Assembly: GCA_951406725.2 (NCBI GenBank)
Contig: OX597825.1
Coordinates: 67,828,001-67,892,000 of the forward strand
Source of the DNA: Octopus vulgaris
Taxonomy: Eukaryota
DNA length: 64,000 bases
Direction: 5' to 3'
The notes beneath the pieces were generated by a model, which did not search any database, was not told where the DNA came from, and saw only the letters and a program-made list of their open reading frames with translations. Positions 1 through 12,691 of the stretch are shown here, piece after piece (position 1 is the first letter of the stretch; each line of letters begins with the position of its first letter). The position numbers and the translations under genes are program-made.

Positions 1-375
1 ATTATTTTTGAGATTGCTCCAATCTGGCCAGCCCCAAGGGAAAACTAAGCTATGAGCATTAGATTCCTTAGAAGAAATCAGCGAATGTATACAAAAACAA
101 GAACGGAAAATACGGACAATATTACACAAATATAAATACAATAAAAATAATAACAGGAGATGACAACAGGTGTCTTTCGACTAAGGACGAATTGAATTAA
201 GCTGGCGCGTGTGGAAATGAAGCCTAACGGCAGAGATACAAAGATTTCACAAACACAGGGAAGTAGTATCAAAGCATGAGAATTGCTTCCCTTCTATAGC
301 TCCTTTCATCAACTTCTGGATATGTGCAGGCTGTTTGTGTATGTGTGTGTGCGTGTATTTGCATGTACGCACACA

Positions 376-425
<50 letters not shown>

Positions 426-958
426 TTATATAAACATATATTTACGTGCACTGAGTGTGTGTTTATATGACACAATGTTACACATTTGCAGTTTACCAAA
501 TTCTACTCACAAAGCATTTATCAACCTGCCTGAAGCTATGGTAGAAGACCATTTCCAAAATGTCCCACGCAGCGAATTTAAATCTGTAGCTGGAATATTT
601 GGCAAACACTAACTTACTCCCGAGAAATTGAACTCGGATTCAATTCAAAATCAACTAAATAACGCGAACGCGATTCACTTAATAATTAATGACATCATTA
701 AGAAGCTGACCACTCAGGCACCTAGTAAAGCAAGATCTCATTAACAATTCCATCTTTTGGCAACGTTTTCTGTTTGAAATAAATAACTATAAACAGGACA
801 TTCTCTTCCCACTGAAAAGTAGTTGTGGCGTACGCTTAAAAACAGCATCAAAAGCAATGGAAGACGACAACTACGCAGCTAAACCAGCTACTTGCTAAAT
901 TCATAGTGACGGTTACAACAAAATCTTGTAGTAATTTTGAATAATCTAACTTCGTGAA

Positions 959-1276
959 GGAGGCGCAATGGCCCAGTGGTTAGAGCAGTGGACTAGCGGT
1001 CGGAGAATTGCGGTTTCGATTCCCAGACCGAGCGTTGTGTGTGTTTATTGAGCGAAAACACCTTAAGCTCCACGAGGCTCCGGCGGGGGAGTGGCGACCC
1101 CTGTTGTACTCTTTCGCCCTAACTTTCTCTCACTCTCTCTTCCTGTTTCTTGAGTAACGCTGCGATGGACTGGCGTCCCGTCCAACTGGCGTCCAACACA
1201 TACGTCACTGTAACTGGGAAACCGGGCCTATGAGCCTGGCTAGGCTTGAAAAGGGCGCATAAATAAAATAAAATAA
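959..1276 (+). mobile_element. tRNA(Arg)-like-headed SINE (family 2 here) with V-domain-like body
   Basis: Head GGCGCAATGGCCCAGTGGTTAGAGC...GGTTTCGATTCCC (A/B boxes); CTGCGATGGACTGGCGTCCCGTCCA at 1160-1184; (AAAAT)n tail; same head at 34020-34397, 37383 and 61838-62028. Confidence 0.8.
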
Positions 1277-1286
1277 CATCGTAATA

Positions 1287-1692
1287 GGCGCAGGAGTGGC
1301 TGTGTGGTAAGTAGCTTGCTAACCAACCACATGGTTCCGGGTTCAGTCCCACTGCGTGGCACCTTGGCCAAGTGTCTTCTGCTATAGCCCCGGGCCGACC
1401 AATGCCTTGTGAGTGGATTTGGTAGACGGAAACTGAAAGAAGCCTGTCGTATATATATATATATATATATGTGTATGTGTGTTTGTGTGTGTGTGTTTGT
1501 CCCCCTAGCATTGCTTGACAACCGATGCTGGTGTGTTTACGTCCCCGTCACTTAGCGGTTCGGCAAAAGAGATCGATAGAATAAGTACTGGGCTTACAAA
1601 GAATAAGTCCCGGGGTCGATTTGCTCGACTAAAGGCGGTGCTCCAGCATGGCCGCAGTCAAATGACTGAAACAAGTAAAAGAGAGAAAAGAG
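1287..1692 (+). mobile_element. tRNA-derived SINE (family 1) with internal (TA)/(TG) microsatellite
   Basis: GGCGCAGGAGTGGCTGTGTGGTAAG...GGTTCAGTCCC head, CORE-like ACCTTGGCCAAGTGTC, tail GAAACAAGTAAAAGAG; more than 10 copies in window. Confidence 0.85.
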
Positions 1693-2350
1693 TATCGTGT
1701 AAGCAGCTTTTCTCTGTTGTTAGTTGTAGGTAGAGTTAATGCAGTTTTTTAACGGAAAAAGATCAATATCTTGGTATTTAAAATTCCAACAGAAGTTGTG
1801 CTCTTTTCATTGATATTGAACCAATCGAACTCATCACAATGGTGACACACATACAAAAACATTCCTTATCCTTACAATCACTAACGCCGAATGAACTCTA
1901 CGCAGTGTTCGTGACCCCAATACATTCTACTTCCAATACACTGACAAGGTGTCAGCCGAACAAACACGTGATTGAGTAGTAAACTTCTTAACCAGACTGC
2001 CAAGTACGCTGCATGTGTGTGTATTTATGCCTGTATGTAGGTATGCGTGTGTCTTTTTTTTTTTCTCTCTGTGTTTGCGAGTGTATATGAGATGTAGATG
2101 TGGACTGGTTGACAAGAGTCCCTTCGTCTTTTATTTTTTTCGATTTGCTATTTGTAATTCCGATTATAACTTCAAGAAAAATAAAACACATTGGCCGTGT
2201 ATCCTAGCAAAAACGGCGATATAACAAAACCATTTTCACAAAGCAGAAATAAAATACAGTTTGGTTGAATATGCAAAAATATGCAAATATAGATAGAGAG
2301 AGACAGACAGAAAGACAGACAGAAAGACAGACAGATAAATAGATAGATAG

Positions 2351-2388
<38 letters not shown>

Positions 2389-2435
2389 GTATGCATACAT
2401 ATACAAAATATATAAATATGCATATACATAAGTAT

Positions 2436-2476
<41 letters not shown>

Positions 2477-2526
2477 GATGAGTGTATTTTTACCTTGTTA
2501 TATATATGAGCGCATATGTGTGCGCA

Positions 2527-2569
<43 letters not shown>

Positions 2570-2793
2570 CACACACAAACACACATTTTGTTGACGTGCA
2601 TATCAATTGTAAAACTATGGTAGCGATGCAAACGTGTACCATAGTCAATATTCAGCTGCTTTTAGTATTGCAGTATGGTGTGTCGATCTTGTAACTCCAC
2701 AAAAATGGGTAAACATAAATAAATGGCTGTCAAATACATCTATTTAGCAATGCCAGAGGTGTGTTTATATGCCTATATATGTATTTTAAATAC

Positions 2794-2839
<46 letters not shown>

Positions 2840-2861
2840 TCACACACAAATGCACACATAT

Positions 2862-2897
2862 GTATGTATATATATTCTGCCCAATATATATACCACG

Positions 2898-2947
<50 letters not shown>

Positions 2948-2953
2948 TGGGCA

Positions 2954-3008
<55 letters not shown>

Positions 3009-3068
3009 ATATATACTGGGCAGAATATATATATATATATATATAAGGCGTGATATATATACTGGGCA

Positions 3069-3123
<55 letters not shown>

Positions 3124-3125
3124 TA
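2862..3125. repeat. (TA)n tract containing direct and inverted copies of a short unique motif
   Basis: TATTCTGCCCAATATATATACCACGCCTTA at ~2873-2902 is inverted at ~3044-3073; ACTGGGCAGAAT occurs three times. Confidence 0.85.
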
Positions 3126-3328
3126 TATATATTTAAATTTATGTGTGCATATATATATAAAGAGGAGAGAGATGCATACATAAACATATGGATAGATAGA
3201 TAGATAGATAGATAGACAGACAGACATATAGACACGTACATATATTGATACATACATACATACATACATACATACATACATACATACATACATACATACA
3301 TACATACATACATACATACATACATACA

Positions 3329-3878
3329 TGGTGGCTACCCCCTCATTATCGAGTATGGCCATTGCACGAAGCTTAATCAATGTTGTTATCGTGCAATGCC
3401 TATGCAAGAAGATTATTTTACGTGAGGAAAGGCTGTGCACTGAGTCAATCCCACTCACTAAGCAACAGCAGGCATAATTCGAAAAGAAGAACAAGTCAAC
3501 ATCATCGGTAACCACTGAGCAGCAGGTTTTTTTCGGAGTTATCCCAGTTACCTGAGTTACCTTCTCCTAGAAGAATGCCCTAACAAAGGCGAGGAGTCCT
3601 TCACCCCCAATGGTTTAACCGCGCGATCGAGCATTCAGTCCGATTATTTCGATGTCCCCGCGCATGATACAGTCTTAAGACATTTATTGGATGGTCGTTG
3701 ACTTTCAAGAGTTCCTCCGCCCTTTGAGGGGTTTTGTTTTTCATCCCGCAAGGTGTCCAATAAACACCCTCCTCACCAAGCTTGCTTGGTGAAGTTGCCG
3801 GTTTAGTCGCCGGCGACCCGACCATGCAACAGGTTGTACTAGGTTACATGTTACCAGTAGCACTCAAAAGTGACCTGA
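3329..3878 (-). mobile_element. probable non-autonomous RTE-derived element (5'UTR-like part plus 3' stem-loop)
   Basis: Minus strand has ...GGCATTCTTCTAGGAGAAGGTAACTC..., resembling RTE 5'UTR motifs, and a 3' hairpin GCATTGCACGA/TCGTGCAATG ending in (TGTA)n; no ORF. Confidence 0.5.
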
Positions 3879-3896
3879 CATACATACATACATACA

Positions 3897-4880
3897 GGAT
3901 GAACATATATGAGCAGAAGACTATCCGAGATGATAGTAACATTGATCATCAAACCAGTCTATCATGAACCAATAGCCGGATTACTACCTCCCACTTTGAA
4001 GGTATGATTTTGCAATCCAGGAACAGGAAATATCAACCAAATACCAGATGCACAAAAGGGATAGAGATGGAAGAAAAGTAAAATGTGACAAATTATGCAG
4101 ACTTTGTAGAGATAAGACCGAAGATATCACCCACATCATAGGCAGTTGTCCGAAAATGCTATCACCGTATTATCTACCGATGAGACATGATGTTGTAACT
4201 AGGACACTCAATAAGAAAATCCGTCGGAAAGATAGCCCCGAGAACGAAGAAATAAGAACCCCCAGTATGGTAGAAGCCATAACCACTCATAGTAAAAGGG
4301 GGCACTGGTGGAATTTCCCAGTGAAAACCTCAATAAAATGTAAGCACAACAGGCATGATATAATGATTTGAGATAGGGAAGAGAAACTGTGTATAGTTGT
4401 GGAAATTAGCTGCCCAGCAGATGTTAACATAAAGGTAAAGATCAGTGAAAAAGAGAATACCTACGCTTAACTATTGAGAAATCAGCAGTTACTCTATCCA
4501 GATTACAAGTTCAGGTTTATACCAGTAATTATTGGGGCCCTGGGATATGTAACACTGCCTAAATACCAATCTTAAGAAATTGGGCTTCTCAAAACCAGAA
4601 AGGAGAAAGCTAATTCGAAGACTACAAATCCAATCCATTTACTGGAACTGTAAAAATCTGTAAAACTTTCCAGAAGTTTATCATTGAAGTATATGTCTAG
4701 ATATGCAAGTATATGCATGAGAAAGCATACATAAAACAAAACATACAAATCTACACACATACATACAAAAATACCCAGTTCTTGATGTTGAAATTCCAAT
4801 GAAGGAGCCTTGGATCTAGGTTAGAAAACGACTCTTTCCCTATTGGCAAAACATCTTGAAATAAGACTCAATAATGAGAT
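3897..4880 (+). mobile_element. 5'-truncated R4/Dong-like non-LTR retrotransposon (zinc knuckle, RLE endonuclease, 3'UTR), degenerate
   Basis: AIQEQEISTKY, CRLCRDKTEDITHIIGSC, MRHDVV, VEISCPADVN, IIGALG, GTVKICKTF; stop codons present; flanked by (TACA)n. Confidence 0.85.
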
Positions 4881-4954
4881 ACATACATAAATATATGATA
4901 AGGCATCTGATTATTGGGTTGCTGTCCATACTGTGTTCCTCTCCATGCAGTTTT

Positions 4955-5010
4955 ACGTGCCTGATGAGTTAGGTTCGTTGACAAGCTAACGAAACACTAA
5001 GTTACACAGA
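4955..5010 (+). ncRNA. candidate minimal type I hammerhead ribozyme
   Basis: GTGC-CTGATGA(4961)-GTTAG..CTAAC-GAAAC(4991)-ACTAA-GTT-ACAC: intact core and 5-bp stem II; stem I has a C.A mismatch at its base. Confidence 0.5.
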
Positions 5011-5107
5011 GTGAAATCAAATCATTAAGTGTAACGTGTGTGTGTGTGTTGATTCTATCTCTACTGGCTCTATATATATCTATATATATATATATAGTAT
5101 ATATGGA

Positions 5108-5144
<37 letters not shown>

Positions 5145-5187
5145 GTGTGTGTATGTGCGTGTGTGTATGTGCGTGTGTGTGTGTATA

Positions 5188-5338
5188 CATGAGTGGCTGC
5201 GTGGTAAGTAGTATGCTTACCAACCACATTTCTCCGGGTCCAGTGTCCCACTTTGGGCAAGTATCTTGTACTATAGCCTCGGGCCGACCAAAGCCTCGTG
5301 AGTGAATTTGGTAGGCGGAAACTGAAAGAAGCCGGTCG

Positions 5339-5393
<55 letters not shown>

Positions 5394-5570
5394 TTGTCAC
5401 TTGACAACCGATGTTGGTGTGTTTATATCCTCGTAACTTCAGGAAAAGAGACCGATAGAATAAGTACTAAGCTTACCAAAGAATAACTCCTGGGGTCGAT
5501 TTGTTCGACTAAAGGCGTTGCTCTAGCATGGCCGCAGTCAAATGACTGTAACAAATAAAAGATTAAAAGA
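5188..5570 (+). mobile_element. family 1 SINE
   Basis: Homologous to 1287-1692. Confidence 0.85.
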
Positions 5571-5795
5571 ATATACATACGTATATATATATATATATAA
5601 TCATCTTATAATCATCTCATAATAATGACTTTTATGACTCTTATTACTACCTCCGTCTATCTAAATGTATATATTTGTCGTTACCTGTCATAAAAAGTAT
5701 TTTTTTTATTTACAATGTGCATTTTCGTTGATTTTTCATATTTTACCCTTTACATTTCCACGTGTATTTTATATTTTCTTTTTGTAACATAATTT

Positions 5796-5833
<38 letters not shown>

Positions 5834-6227
5834 TTCAGAATTATTTTTCAGTAATATATAATGGCGAAGTGTTATTTTAAGATGGCGGTCTTGATTATTA
5901 CGTTCAATCTGATAAGACAGGACAGAACAGAACATTCGATATCAGTGCAAATATCAGAAATATGTGTTGGATATCGTTCTTTGATACACGTATCTCTAAC
6001 AGAAGACTTAACACTGGTTGTTCATATTTAACACGCTTTAGTAATATATCTGTTATTACACCTACACATCACAGTGTAGAAAACAAACATTGAATCAATA
6101 ATCAGATACTACTCACGTATATTGAAGGATACATATGTGCACCATACGCTCATACACACGCACATACACGTATGTAAACACGCGTATATGTGTGTGTCTG
6201 CACACATATACGTGAGTGTGTATGCAC

Positions 6228-6285
<58 letters not shown>

Positions 6286-6361
6286 CACCAGCAATCACGT
6301 AGATGAAGTCATTTTAGCTTTCTCCGATCAGATTGATATACACGACATACATATGTGTAAG

Positions 6362-6446
<85 letters not shown>

Positions 6447-6553
6447 CATATACATATACATACATAAATACAGACAGACATAAAAGGAAGTATGCATGCA
6501 TACATATATATACACATATATACATATATATACATATATAAATGAATGTATAC

Positions 6554-6628
<75 letters not shown>

Positions 6629-7304
6629 TCTATAGATATGCCCACATATGGCTTTCTAAGTGTGGGATCGAGGCTGTGTGTGCTTACGCATTCATATGCG
6701 TTCGCGTGTGTGTGTGCGTGACTATTTGCATATGACACTATGTGTTTATATGTTAGCCAATGTGCGACATGTGGAATATTACAATAGATATTTAAACTGA
6801 GAAAGATTACATTCAGTGATATAAATATTTAGCATGATTAATCATCATTAATACTGCGGAACAATATGTCTGCCTATATCTATGTGCAGTTCTGTACGTT
6901 CGTAAGCGCTCGCGCTTATTCGGTCGTCTGCCTGTATGTACGTGTGTATGTGTCTTTATATACATTTGTTTCTGTAAATGTGAATATGTATCTATGAGTA
7001 TCACTGTGCTGTTTGTCTGTATGCTTACTCTTCATCCCACACTTTTGTTCGCTGTCCTCGTTTTTGTTTTGTCCTTTTTATATGGGGGCCCGCTTGCATA
7101 TATATATGTGTGTGTGTGTGTGCGTGCGTGTGTGTGTGTGTTTCTGTATCTGTGTGCATGAAATTTATGTGCTTCTAGGATCGTATGGAACATAATATGT
7201 ACGTGTGACATCTACAAATATTTCATAGCTATTAAACATTGTGGAAGATTATTTTACGAGATATAAACATTCAGTGAGATGATATAATATTTCGTAATTT
7301 TCTC

Positions 7305-7320
7305 CATTTTATCATCGTCA

Positions 7321-7357
<37 letters not shown>

Positions 7358-7390
7358 CATTATTATTATTATTATCATTATTATGATTAA

Positions 7391-7448
<58 letters not shown>

Positions 7449-7506
7449 ATTATCATCATTATTTTTATTATTATTGTTGTTGTTGTTATTATTATCATCA
7501 TCATCA

Positions 7507-7549
<43 letters not shown>

Positions 7550-7605
7550 CATTATATCATTGTTATTATTATTATTTTCATCATCGTCGTCATCATCATC
7601 ATTAT
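7305..7605. repeat. (ATT)n/(ATC)n microsatellite
   Basis: Direct reading. Confidence 0.95.
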
Positions 7606-8161
7606 CAAGTTTTCTAACTATGAAAAGAAATAGCAAAAAAATTAAATTGCAAAAAATAATAAAGATTCAAATAAAAAAAAATATATATATATAAGCACAA
7701 CTTCAAATTCATATTGAAAACATTAAAATGTTTTTAATAGAAAAAAAAAATAAAAATAATAAATAAAATAATTCGAAAAGAAAATGGGGACCACGTGTTT
7801 GTAAAATTCATAAATGGCGTGATAATCAGAAATAGTTGCTTGCAGCAAAATTTAAGCAAATATCAAACTTTATTTGTTTACTTTTAACTTCTTTCTAAAG
7901 ATCAGCCGAAAATGTTATCATCTGTGTATGAAATTTAATCATTTATAAGTAAATTGAGTTTTAATAACCTCTAACTTCATTTGGACGCCAGGCTTTGATA
8001 CTTGGAAATGAACTAAGTGTTTAACCTCCGCCCCCTCATTTTTTTTTCTGTTATTCTGTTTCTGATATGATTTTGTTTATCGTTTTTTCTTTGTTGTTTT
8101 ATTTTTACATTTTTGCATCGATGTGGTGTGTGAGAGATACTAACAGAAAAAAGTACATCAC

Positions 8162-8217
<56 letters not shown>

Positions 8218-8246
8218 GTGTGTGTGTGTATACATATATATATATA

Positions 8247-8289
<43 letters not shown>

Positions 8290-8321
8290 GTATATACAAA
8301 GATAGATTGATAACTTGCAAG

Positions 8322-8332
8322 GTAGATAGATT

Positions 8333-8397
<65 letters not shown>

Positions 8398-8602
8398 GTA
8401 CGTACGTACGTAGGTAGGTAGGTAGGTAGGTAGGTAGGTAGGTAGGTAGGTAGGTAGGTAGGTAGGTAGGTAGGTAGGTAGGTAGGTAGGTAGGTAGGTA
8501 GGTAGGTAGGTAGGTAGGTAGGTAGGTAGGTAGGTTTGTAGGTAGGTAGGTAGGTAGGTAGGTAGGTAGGTAGGTAGGTAGGTAGGTAGGTAGGTAGGTA
8601 GA
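8322..8602. repeat. (GATA)n followed by (GGTA)n compound microsatellite
   Basis: Direct reading. Confidence 0.95.
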
Positions 8603-8606
8603 TATA

Positions 8607-8750
8607 GGTTCGGCAAAAGAGACCGATAGAATAAGTACTGGGCTTACAAAGAATAAGTCCCGGGGTCGATTTGCTCGACTAAAGGCGGTGCTCCAGTATG
8701 GCCGCAGTCAAATGACTGAAACAAGTAAAAAGAAAGAAAGAAAAAGAAAA
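8607..8750 (+). mobile_element. family 1 SINE, 3' half
   Basis: GGTTCGGCAAAAGAGACCGATAGAATAAGTAC...GAAACAAGTAAAA. Confidence 0.8.
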
Positions 8751-8806
8751 GAAAAAGATATATATATGCATATATATATACTTGTATGCATGTATGTATG
8801 TATATG

Positions 8807-8888
<82 letters not shown>

Positions 8889-8942
8889 AGTGTGTGAATA
8901 AATACATTTATATATGCTCCCGTCTCGCAAGGTAATTATATG

Positions 8943-8988
<46 letters not shown>

Positions 8989-9055
8989 CATATATATATA
9001 CATATATATAGAGAGAGAGAGAGAGAGACATAATATATGCTCCCGTCTCACAAGG

Positions 9056-9146
<91 letters not shown>

Positions 9147-9365
9147 ACATATAAATATGTACATACATACATACACAGAAAGAAATAAAGAACTCATGAT
9201 AGAAAGCGTGAACTGTGCCTGAAAGATGAAAGCTTGAAGCACATTAAATAGTATGGTTTCTTACATAAGTCAGATGTCATATAGTTTGATTGTACCTGAT
9301 TAATAAATATACCAATCTCTTCTGTATCCTCTGTATTCTATGTATTATGCTATGAATACATCAGA

Positions 9366-9786
<421 letters not shown>

Positions 9787-9829
9787 TCTGTGTTTTTGTT
9801 TTATATGTATATATATATATATATATATA

Positions 9830-10255
9830 TTCTTTTCTTTTGTTCTTTTACTTATTTCAGTCATTTCACTGCGGCCATGGTGGAGCACCGCCTTTAGTAG
9901 GAGAAATCGATCCCTGGACTTAATCTTTGTAAGCCTAGTACTTATTCTATTTCATTGTTTTGCCGAACCGCTAAGTCTCAGTAACGTAACCACGCCAACA
10001 TCGGTTGTCAAGCGATAGCCTGAGGACAAACACAGACACACACACAAACACAAATACATATATATTTACATATGTGTGTGTGTGCGCGTGCGCGTGTGTG
10101 TATACGATGGGCTTTCAGTTTCCAACTACCAAATCCACTCACAAGGCTCGAGGCTATAGCAGAAGACACTTGCCCAAGGTGCCACGCAGTGGAAGTGAAC
10201 CTGGAACCATGTGGCTGGGAATCCAGCTTCTTACTACATAGCCACGTCTGCGCCT
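9830..10255 (-). mobile_element. family 1 SINE
   Basis: Reverse-complement homology to 1287-1692. Confidence 0.85.
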
Positions 10256-10284
10256 AAATATGCATATATATATATATATATATA

Positions 10285-10595
10285 TACAAAATGAGAAAAT
10301 GGAGAAACATACCTAAATCAATCATCAACCATCAGATAATACCCAATCAATACTTTATTAAACCATTACACAACAGCAATGATATTATACATTAATATAG
10401 TACAAATATAACAAGACATAGAAATAGAAATAGAAATAGAAAATATATTTACATTGTAGCTGACAGCTGTTTCGGCCGTGAAGACAGGTATGTCCCATTT
10501 AACCTATTAGCCATATAAAGCAGGTATAAATGAGACATTAACAAGAATGTCTCACGGCCTCTTCAGAGAATTTAATGTAAGTATGAAAAAAATTT
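10285..10595 (-). mobile_element. Penelope-like pLTR fragment
   Basis: Homologous to 30739-31050, with the same outer boundary against (TA)n; contains a hammerhead motif. Confidence 0.65.
10448..10580 (-). ncRNA. type I hammerhead ribozyme with long stem II
   Basis: Minus strand: UUACAUU-aaauu-CU CUGAAGA GGCCGUGAGACA...UGUCUUCACGGCC GAAAC AGCU GUC AG-cuac-AAUGUAA; all core nucleotides intact. Confidence 0.75.
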
Positions 10596-10853
10596 ACATA
10601 CAAATATATACATACATTCATACATACATACATACATACATACATACATACATACATACATACATACATACATACATACATACATACATACGTGCGAGCG
10701 TGGATAATTTTCTGTTTTCTGTAATATATAAGATTGACAAAGTACTGAATGACATTGTATATTTTAGGTACTTATTGATTTTATGGAAGCCTCATCTAAT
10801 CTTCTATGTAAATTATATATATATTTATATATATATGTATATATATATATATG

Positions 10854-10924
<71 letters not shown>

Positions 10925-12304
10925 TTCTATCTGTCTATCTATCTATCTATCTCTGGAGAATAGAGTTAGTCCTGATCTGTACAGGTAGAAGTAGTAAGTT
11001 AGTATTGTGACAAATCCAGATTCGTAAAACCGCCAAAAATTTAAAGTACGCATCAGCTCCGAACTGGGCATCCATGTCAATTAGAGTACCTGTTTATCAC
11101 CTAAGCAACGGACTGCACTACCATCAACTAACCCAGAATTTAACGCCAGATACTCTAAACTTAAACATTGCATCTTCAGCCTCCTTTCTTATTTCCGGGG
11201 TCGATAAAATAAATACCAGCTGATCACCAGGGTCGATGTCATCGACTTACTCGCTCCTCCGAAACTACTGGCCTTGTGCCAAAATTTGAAACCAATGTTA
11301 GAATTTAAGTGGTTGAAAAAGTCATACTTACATACATTCATGCATACACGCAAACATTTCGCTTTCTAAAAATCCAACTCCATCTTTATAAGAAGAATTC
11401 AGATTACTGAAAATAATAGATGACAGACATGATTATATTTGATATGTTTTTTGTTAATTCTGATGAAGGACCCTTGTTTAAAGACCTGCTTTTTCTCTAT
11501 TGGAGAGAAATTTGAAAACTAAACCAGAACATTCACATCTATATACAAGCATACATATTATGTTACATGCAAACTTAAAATCATATATTAATATATATTT
11601 TACATAAATATACAAGCAGTTATATAAATATATATAGACTGATGTGTTTATGCATATATACATTCAAATAAAACGTTTATTGAAAATCTGTATCGTTTCT
11701 ACGGAATAACTTAAATGAGCTTGCTGTTAAGATTTTCCATCATGCTGGTTCTTATAGACACAGACATCACAGTTGCATCAGAGACCGAGAAAGCTACATA
11801 TCAAGGTAAATATCTTAAACACATTTATTTCACTTATTTTTTCGTTTAAAAATATTGTTTATTTTTTTAATGGATGGTCGTTCACGTGTATTCTTAACAA
11901 ATATGTAAGAAAACTTCAGCTTGGTAATAAAGGAGCGATAAGCACTTTCCTTGTATATACTCTCTATAAAACTATATAGATACATACTTACATACATACT
12001 TATACACACACACGTACACGCATACACACACTCGTACACACACACACTTACACACATACACATATATATTATCATATGCATAGACGTTTGAGATCTACTT
12101 TCCACTTCATGTTACAGCTAATTAATTCTCTTATGTCGTCTGCTATACTCAATGGACACAAACATTCATTTATCTATGAGTGCGTAGGATCATGTCATAG
12201 TCTTTCCTATAATCTATCTATGTTATTGTTAGATTTTCCTTTCTAGCTTTTAATTCATTTGGAACTGCTTTGTCTATGAATAATAGATCATTCGTTCGTC
12301 TAGC

Positions 12305-12690
12305 CTTCTTCCTGCAACTTTTCTGTTCTTCTGACAGTAAATTCTGGTTGTCAAAGTCCTCGTAAATGCTTTCTAAAAGCTTTCCTGTTAACAATTTTCA
12401 TACTGATGGTAAGCAAGTTATTGGTCTGTAGTTGATAACTGTATTGCCTTTGCTCTCATCCGTCATAATGAGTATTGTCTTCCCTCTAGTCATCGAATCT
12501 GGTATTATTCCTCCATTAAGGCAATCCTGAACTTGTTCCTTCAGTCTCCCATGTAAACCACTGAATTTCTTTAGCCAGTACCCTTGAACTAAATCTGGTC
12601 CTGGGCCCTTCCAATTCAGCATTTTCCTAACACTTTACTCATTAATACTCTAGTTAATCTTAGATCTGGCTCATTCTCACTCACTACTTC
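12305..12690 (-). mobile_element. R4/Dong-like LINE RT N-terminal fragment
   Basis: WKGPGPDLVQGYWLKKF...NYRPITCLPSV...LPEEQK. Confidence 0.85.
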
Positions 12691-12691
12691 T

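Noticed and set aside
959-1035. tRNA gene-like sequence (also at 37383 and 40293)
   Set aside because: SINE heads; no proper acceptor stem and they continue into SINE bodies
11458-11500. CTGATGAAGG as a hammerhead core
   Set aside because: No stem II closed by GAAA; more likely a decayed LINE 3'UTR
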